The notes below the pieces were generated by a model, which was not told where the DNA came from, made no database searches, and was given only the letters and a program-made list of their open reading frames with translations. From the NCBI GenBank assembly GCA_964016885.1, contig OZ024745.1, positions 43,958,001-44,022,000 on the forward strand: DNA of 64,000 nucleotides, given 5' to 3'. Source of the stretch: Eledone cirrhosa (taxonomy: Eukaryota). Positions 55,300 through 64,000 of the stretch are shown here, in pieces. The stretch's first letter is position 1. Each line of letters begins with the position of its first letter. Both the position numbers and the translations under genes were made by a program.

Positions 55300-57120
55300 C
55301 CGTGTGGAGTGACCACTACTCAGTGAGCTCAATATAGAGTAGCCACTACTCAGTGAGCTCAATATAGAGTAGCCACTACTCAGTGAGCTCAATATAGAGT
55401 AGCCACTAGTCAGTGAGCTCAATATAGAGTGACCACTACTCACTGACATCAATATGGAATGACCACTACTCAGTGACATCAATATAGAGTAGCCACTACT
55501 CAGTGAGCTCAATATAGAGTAGCCACTACTCAGTGACCTCAATATAGAGTAGCCACTACTCAGTGAGCTCAATATAGAGTAGCCACTACTCAGTGACCTC
55601 AATATGGAGTAGCCACTACTCACTGACATCAATATGGAGTGGCCACTACTCACTGACATCAATGTAGAGTGACCACTACTCAGTGACATCAATGTAGAGT
55701 AGCCACTACTCAGTGACATCAATATGGAGCGACCACTACTCAGTGACATCAATATAGAGTAGCCACTACTCAGTGACCTCAATATAGAGTAGCCACTACT
55801 CAGTGACCTCAATGTAGAGTGACCACTACTCAGTGACATCAATGTAGAGTGACCACTACTCAGTGACATCAATGTAGAGTGACCACTACTCAGTGACATC
55901 AATGTAGAGTGACCACTACTCAGTGACATCAATGTAGAGTGACCACTACTCAGTGACATCAAGGTAGAGTGACCACTACTCAGTGACATCAATGTAGAGT
56001 GACCACTACTCGGTGACATCAATATAGAGTGACCACTACTCAGTGACATCAATGTAGAGTGACCACTACTCAGTGACATCAATGTAGAGTGACCACTACT
56101 CACTGACATCAATATGGAGCGACCACTACTCAGTGACCTCAATGTAGAGTGACCACTACTCAGTGACATCAATGTAGAGTGACCACTACTCAGTGACATC
56201 AATGTAGAGTGACCACTACTCAGTGACATCAATGTAGAGTGACCACTACTCAGTGACATCAATATAGAGTGACCACTACTCAGTGACATCAATGTAGAGT
56301 GACCACTACTCAGTGACATCAATGTAGAGTGACCACTACTCAGTGACATCAATATGGAGTGACCACTACTCAGTGACATCAATATAGAGTAGCCACTACT
56401 CACTGACATCAATGTAGAGTGACCACTACTCAGTGACATCAAGGTAGAGTGACCACTACTCAGTGACATTAATGTAGAGTGACCACTACTCGGTGACATC
56501 AATGTAGAGTGACCACTACTCAGTGACATCAAGGTAGAGTGACCACTACTCAGTGACCTCAATGTAGAGTGACCACTACTCAGTGACCTCAATGTAGAGT
56601 GACCACTACTCAGTGACATCAAGGTAGAGTGACCACTACTCAGTGACCTCAATGTTGGGTGACCACTACTCACTGACATCAATATGGAGCGACCACTACT
56701 CACTGACATCAATATGGAGTGACCACCACTCAGTGACCTCAATGTGGAGTGACCACTACTCAGTGACCTCAATATGGAGAGACCACTACTCAGTGACATC
56801 AATGTAGAGTGACCACTACTCACTGACATCAATATGGAGCGACCACTACTCAGTGACATCAATGTGGAGCGACCACTACTCAGTGACCTCAATATGGAGC
56901 GACCACTACTCAGTGACATCAATGTGGAGTGACCACTACTCAGTGACCTCAATATAGAGTGACCACTACTCAGTGACCTCAATATAGAGTGACCACCACT
57001 CAGTGACCTCAATGTGGAGTGACCACTACTCAGTGACATCAATATAAAGTGACCACCACTCAGTGACCACAATGTGGAGGGGTCACTACTCAGTGACCTC
57101 AATGTGGGGGGGGGGTCACT
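55300..57120. repeat. Tandem array, 30-bp unit, about 60 copies, open on the minus strand (SLSSGHSTLM repeat)
   Basis: Unit gaccactactcagtgacatcaatgtagagt, with no indels across the array. Confidence 0.97.
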
Positions 57121-57744
57121 ACTGATATTGATGGTGTCCAAGAAAAAGTGCTGCAAAGTTTAAAAACAATGATTTTTAACGTCAGTTTTCTTCACCGTTG
57201 GAAGTGAAAGAAAGGAGAGTGAAACGTCGGTAGTTGGTGTTGATGTGAGGCGGGGTGGGGGAGTGGTGTTGGCGGTGATGTGAGGTGGGGGAGTGGTGTT
57301 GTATCTCGATGTGTGGTGGGTGAGTGATGTTGTAAAGTATATGGATATGAGATGGATGTTGTGCAGTATCTCAACCCTCCACCATCTCCTTCTAACAACA
57401 AACAAAATAGGATATCTAAATATTATCATGAAGAATTGGGATCCAATTTTATTGATATTTTGTATTGCTCTATTATTTATTATCGTTTAAAATCGACTTT
57501 TCCATATTTACAACTGGGTCAGCATTGGTGCAACTAAACGATCGATTTTCTCCTTTCTAAAATTTCTCCAATCTCAGAAATCGTAGTTCAGTTCAAACTG
57601 GGGGTGGCGGTGGAAGGGGATGGCGAAGGATGCCCCATGGATCAATATAGTGTTTACAACGATTGGTTGAGTGAGCAAGTAGTCGACCTCTTAACTAAAG
57701 AGTTGAGAATGCCTATCCTGTACCGGATACTTGTCTGGATATTT

Positions 57745-58052
57745 GACTGTAAAGTTTGTAAGTGGCTTACAATTGTAAGGTTGTGAGTTTGATTCCCGGT
57801 GGTTCGTTGTGTCCTTGAGCAAGACACTTTATTTCACCTTGCTCCAGTTCACTCAGTTGGCAAAAATTAGTTGGACCTGTAGTTCGAATGGCCAGCCTTG
57901 TCACATTCTGTGTCATGCTGAATCTCCTTGAGAATTACGTTAAGGGTACGCGTGTTTGTGGAATGTTCAGCCACTTGCACATTAATTTCATGAGCAGGCT
58001 GTTCCTCTGATCGGATCAACTGGAACACTCGTCGTCGTATCAGACGGAGTGT
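57745..58052 (+). mobile_element. Second tRNA-derived SINE family
   Basis: gtgagttcgatt..gtgtccttgagcaagacactt..gctccagt..ccagccttgtcaca..gagaattacgttaagggtac. Relatives at 15790-16030(-), 30200-30400, 42320-42550, 43270-43580, 47840-48140(-), 51340-51570, 53920-54240(-), 58275-58600 and 60040-60330. Confidence 0.8.
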
Positions 58053-58694
58053 CTAATATATAATTGTTTCTACTTTTTGCACAAGGCCAGCAATTATCCC
58101 AGTGTATTACTGGTACTTTATTTTATCGACCCCGTAAGGATGAAAGCAAAGTTAACCTCAGCAGGATTTGAACTCAGACCATAAAAGGCCGTAACTCTTT
58201 GCTGCAAAGCATGGCGTCCGACCCTCTACCGATACTGCCAAAATACCGCCTAATATATAATGTTTGTACGTTAAGGCAGCATAGCCGGATGATAAAGAGG
58301 TTTACTTGGCAATCATTAGGTTTCGAGTTTGATCTCTCAGCGAGTCATCTTTGTTATGTGTTATTTAGCATAGCCCCGTGTCGACCCATGTCTTGAGAGT
58401 GAAACTGGGTAGATGGAAACTGTTTTAAAGCTCTTCGAATTTACAGTAGATGTACTTCAAAGGACCGGTCTTGCCACGCACTGTGGCACCCCGGATAATT
58501 CTGAGAATTATGTTAAGTATATATGTGTCTGTAGAATGCTCAGCCACTTACACATTAATTTCACGTGCAGGCTGTTACGTTGATCGTCGAAACCGACGGA
58601 GGTTTATTATGTTGAGTTTGTTAAAAATTATAGTTTGGTGATTAATACTGATCTATCATCTAACGCATGAATGTGTGACTGAATAACTGATGTC

Positions 58695-58778
58695 TAGTAG
58701 TAGTAGTAGTAGTAGTAGTAGTAGCAGTAGTAGTAGTAGCAGCAGCAGCGGTAGTAGCAGCAGCAGCAGCAGCAGCAA

Positions 58779-58874
<96 letters not shown>

Positions 58875-58900
58875 TAGTAGTAGCAGCAGCAGCAGCAGCG

Positions 58901-58946
<46 letters not shown>

Positions 58947-58954
58947 CAGCAGCG

Positions 58955-58991
<37 letters not shown>

Positions 58992-59010
58992 CAGTAGTAG
59001 CAGCAGCAGC

Positions 59011-59048
<38 letters not shown>

Positions 59049-59054
59049 AAGTAG
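58695..59054. repeat. (TAG)n/(CAG)n compound microsatellite
   Basis: Direct inspection. Confidence 0.95.
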
Positions 59055-59223
59055 TAAACAGATAAATCATGGTGTATCTTCCATCAAATAAACTTGTTAC
59101 GGCGTTGATGGATGGCTTGCCACATTCTGTATCTTATATCATAAAGTCTTAACAGCATGTTGGTACCGACGTTCACTTATGTGTGGAACATATGAACCAG
59201 AGGGAGGAGGAGGAAGATGAGGA

Positions 59224-59255
<32 letters not shown>

Positions 59256-59299
59256 GGGAGGAGAGAGAGAGATGGCAGAACAAACAATACACACATATA

Positions 59300-59710
59300 T
59301 AGGGAAAGGTGTTATTGGAAGGAACAGTGATCCCGATCTAAATACGAATGGAGAGGCCCTATTGGACTACTGTTTTAGTAATGGGCTCTCTATTATGAAC
59401 ATCTTCCAGCACAAGGGCATCCATAAATATACATGGTATAAGGAGAATCAGGGAAAGAGATCAATGATTGATTTTGCTATTATCTCTGATCTCTTCGATT
59501 CTGTGCTGGATGCTCGTGTTAAGAGAGGAGCCGAGCTCTCATCTGATCACCATCTAGTTATCTGCAGCGAGACTACCTAAAGTCAAGAAAGCCCACAAAA
59601 CTGGCAGGTCCAGCTCGACCTACAGGATAAAGTGGGAAACGCTGGCGAATAAGGAACTCAGGACCGGGTATGTGTATACTATTGTATCCAAATTCAGAAA
59701 ACGCCTTGAG
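59300..59710 (+). mobile_element. RTE-clade APE endonuclease fragment
   Basis: GVIGRNSDPDLNTNGEALLDYC..FQHKGIHKYTW..SMIDF..RVKRGAELSSDHHLV. Confidence 0.9.
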
Positions 59711-60467
59711 TAAAATGAGGGGATAAGATCGACAGAGAATAAGAGAATAAGAGAAAGAGATAGAGAGGTTGAAAAGGGACAGTAATAGAACAGAGATGGA
59801 TAGATAGAGAGAATGTGGAGATACAGAGAGAGGGGGGGGGGCAGCAAACAGTGAGATTCAGATAAGGTCGAAATAAATAAAGAACGAAAGATAAAGAAAG
59901 AAAAGAAGAAAGAAAGAAACGAAGGAAGGAAAGAAGGAAGGAAGAAAGAAAGAAACAAACAAACAAACAAAAAGGAAGAAACAAAAAGCAAACAAATTAA
60001 GATATAATATGGAATTAGATGAGATTTTGGTTTTTCGTGGCATGGTCGAATGGTTAAGAAGTTTACTTCACAATCATTAAGCCTCATGTTCGATCTCATT
60101 GCGTTGCATGTTGGGCAGGTGTCATTTTACATAGTTTCAGGTCGATCCTATGCTTTGTGAGTGAAATTGGGTGGGTAGTAACTGTTTGGAAGCCCGATTT
60201 CACACACAACTGAGAATTATGTTAAAGGTACACGGATTTGAGTAATGTTCATCCACTTTAGATGTAATCACAATTTCGTTGATCGAACAACTTGGAACAC
60301 TCAATCACGTCGTTAGCGAGGGAGGTCAATTCCAATTAAAACAGTTTTGAAAAGTCCTAGTCAAAAGACTCATTGTATATGTTTACCCTGTTGTAACACA
60401 ATGGAACTCACATATACATACATATATATATACATATACATATATATATATATATATATACATATAT

Positions 60468-60498
<31 letters not shown>

Positions 60499-60545
60499 AA
60501 TTGAAGACTAAAATCCAAAGAGGGCTCGATAAGGAAAATATCGCT

Positions 60546-60584
<39 letters not shown>

Positions 60585-60835
60585 GAAGGATGAGTACTTT
60601 AGACTTTGTTTTATCATGAGTTAAGGCTCTATTGATTTTTCCCTGGATTTCTCTAAATTCTGTTGGATAAATCTATATCCTGATTCTTTTTGAATTGAGT
60701 TTGAATTATTTTCCCCATATCTTACGTTAACTATTTTCCCATTTTGACGCTATAGTCACTTATATATTATGGAATACTGTTAGCTTCGCGCTACAATAAT
60801 TTCTATACTTTTCATTTATATATATATATATATAT

Positions 60836-61029
60836 AACGAAGGAAATGTGGTAAGGAACCAGGTGGACCATAACGCACCAAAGTACTCAATACTTAGAGT
60901 AGTAGAGTGGGTAATAGGAACGAGTAGGACCCCGACGGCTGAGCTCAAGCCGTTTCAACGGCTAATTCTAGACTCCAGAATTAGCCGTCGAAACGGCTTG
61001 AGCTCAGCCGTCGGGGTCCTACTCGTTCC

Positions 61030-61031
<2 letters not shown>
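60836..61031. mobile_element. Fold-back B-family element in (TA)n
   Basis: Same outer ends as 34779-34988 but a different centre (ttctagactccagaa). Confidence 0.8.
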
Positions 61032-61109
<78 letters not shown>

Positions 61110-61163
61110 CATATATATATATATTATTATATATATATACATATATATATATATTATTATATA

Positions 61164-61213
<50 letters not shown>

Positions 61214-61487
61214 TACACATAAATACACACATATATATATAATATATGTATATATGTGTATATGTGTATATGTATATATGTATATATATGTGTGTGTGTG
61301 TGTGCGTGTGTGTGTATGTATGTATAACAATGTCTAGTTCTCTCGTAAGTCAGCTTCAACACTACCAATTTATGTCGGAGATCTTCTATTGTGTTCTATC
61401 TCACAAAACTCTAAAAATATCTTAATAAAACGCAGCTGTTGGAATATTCGTTTGTGTTTTTTCTTATTTTTGTGTTTATTATTTTTA

Positions 61488-61612
<125 letters not shown>

Positions 61613-62408
61613 TGTTTGTTTGTTTGTGTTTTGAAACTTGCCTACGTGAAAATATTTCGTTATTTTAATTGACTACTTAAGGACACATTTAAAACATCTT
61701 TTTTGTCTTTGTCCATATATCATGACTGATGTTTGCTTTTATATATTTTCTGCCATTGATGTTCCGCGACCCAGTTTTATTGACTCTGGTGTTATGTAAA
61801 AAAAAATTATAAATTATGTTACAATTGTGTTTTTAAAAAAATTAATTAAGAAATCATCTACACCTTGTGTATTTGTCCGTCACACACTAGAGATGACTGA
61901 GGGAGGGAGGGGTGATAACGTCGACTGAGGAAGGAAGGGGTGATAACGTCGACTGAGTAAAGAAGGGGTGATAGCTTCAATTGAAGAAAGAAGGGGTGAT
62001 AACGTCGTCTAAGGAAGGAAGGAAGGGGTGTGTTTGTGTGTTTGTATCACTTGTGTGAATGAGAAGGAACCAATAAACAAACAAACATCTCTTTTTTATA
62101 TTATGTATAGATATTACAATTAGCCGTCATTTTTGACGGCACGGGGCCAGCTAGTTATTATATGATAATTATTATTAAGGGCGATGGATTGGCTGTATCG
62201 CTAGAGAGTCGGACAGCCTCCTTGGCAGCATATAGTTACGTCCCTTTATGTTCTGAGTTCAAATTTCGCTGATGTTAGTTTTGCCTTTCATCCTTACGTG
62301 GTCAATAAAATAAAGTACCAGTAATGCATTGGGGTCAACTTAATCGACTTTCCCCTCCCTAAATGGTCGTGTTGATGGTGTGTCAGTTGTGATCAAGATA
62401 CTTTAGAT

Positions 62409-64000
62409 CAATGATTCTCAACCAGTGTGCCGCGGCACTCTGGTGTGCCGTGAGATCTTCCTAAGTGTGCCGCGAAATTTTGAACGGCACAAATTTCTCA
62501 CTAAACAAGCCAGCTATTTGACTGATGTAATTCGAAACACTGCAATAAAGTAAGTTCATAGCTGTGTTTTGCTCTATTTAGTTTGAGTCATTCTATGTGT
62601 CTATGACTTGTCTGTGTCTACTGTTGTATACCGTCTATGACTAGTCTATGACTACTGTTGTATGCCGTCTATGACTAGTCTGTGTCTACAGTTGCATGCC
62701 GTCTATGACTAGTCTGTGTCTACTGTTGTATGCCATCTATGACTAGTCTGTGTCTACTGTTGTATGCCATCTATGACTTGTCTGTGTCTACTGCTGTATG
62801 CCATCTATGACTAGTCTGTGTCTACTGTTGTATGCCATCTATGACTAGTCTGTGTCTACTGTTGTATGCCATCTATGACTAGTCTGTGTCTACTGTTGTA
62901 TGCCATCTATGACTAGTCTGTGTCTACTGTTGTATGCCATCTATGACTTGTCTGTGTCTACTGCTGTATGCCATCTATGACTAGTCTGTGTCTACTGTTG
63001 TATGCCATCTATGACTTGTCTGTGTCTACTGTTGTATGCCGTCTATGACTTGTCTGTGTCTACTGCTGTATGCCATCTATGACTAGTCTATGTCTACTGT
63101 TGTATGCCATCTATGACTTGTCTGTGTCTACTGTTGTATGCCATCTATGACTTGTCTATGTCTACTGTTGTATGCCATCTATGACTTGTCTGTGTCTACT
63201 GTTGTATGCCATCTATAACTTGTCTGTGTCTACTGTTGTATGCCGTCTATGACTTGTCTGTGTCTACTGCTGTATGACATCTATGACTAGTCTATGTCTA
63301 CTGTTGTATGCCATCTATGACTTGTCTATGTCTACTGTTGTATGCCATCTATGACTTGTCTATGTCTACTGTTGTATGCCATCTATGACTTGTCTGTGTC
63401 TACTGTTGTATGCCGTCTATGACTAGTCTGTGTCTACTGCTGTATGCCATCTATGACTAGTCTATGTCTACTGTTGTATGCCATCTATGACTTGTCTATG
63501 TCTACTGTTGTATGCCATCTATGACTTGTCTATGTCTACTGTTGTATGCCATCTATGACTTGTCTATGTCTACAGTTGTATGCCGTCTATGACTAGTCTA
63601 TGTCTACGGTCGTATGCCATCTATTACTAGTCTGTGTCTACAGTTGTATGCCATCTATGACTAGTCTGTGTCTACAGTTGTATGCCATCTATGACTTGTC
63701 TGTGTCTACAGTTGTATGCCGTCTATGACTAGTCTGTGTCTACTGTTGTATGCCGTCTATGACTTGTCTGTGTCTACAGTTGTATGCCATCTATGACTAG
63801 TCTGTGTCTACTGTTGTATGCCATCTATGACTAGTCTGTGTCTACTGTTGTATGCCGTCTATGACTTGTCTGTGTCTACAGTTGTATGCCATCTATGACT
63901 AGTCTGTGTCTACAGTTGTATACCATCTATGACTAGTCTGTGTCTACAGTTGTATGCCATCTATGACTTGTCTGTGTCTACAGTTGTATGCCATCTATGA
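62409..64000. repeat. hAT-like left end followed by a 34-bp tandem array (about 62600 to window end, about 41 copies)
   Basis: ctttagat|caatgattctcaacc with tgtgccgcg subterminal motifs. Array unit ctatgact(a/t)gtctgtgtctactgttgtatgccat. Confidence 0.9.

Overview
AT-rich, repeat-dominated eukaryotic DNA, intronic or intergenic. The SINE families and long (TA)n tracts resemble an octopod cephalopod genome (inference). No intact protein-coding gene can be supported, only weak exon candidates. The window holds two 5'-truncated Penelope-like retroelements (PLEs) of different clades joined head-to-head across a (TA)n tract: a C-rich Neptune-like element on the minus strand and an AT-rich Naiad-like element on the plus strand. 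It also holds CRE, RTE, mariner and Gypsy relics, hAT/piggyBac/Tc1 MITEs, many tRNA-derived SINEs, six large tandem arrays and a convergent pair of identical tRNA-Arg(ACG) genes. The main unannotated signal is a dispersed set of about 12 type-I hammerhead-ribozyme motifs (6 with intact cores, two of them with ~60-nt stem II inserts). They sit in short non-coding modules inserted in microsatellites, repeatedly as asymmetric head-to-head fold-back pairs in which one arm carries an extra tail. Some similar fold-backs carry Pol III/tRNA genes instead, and some join two unrelated retroelements.
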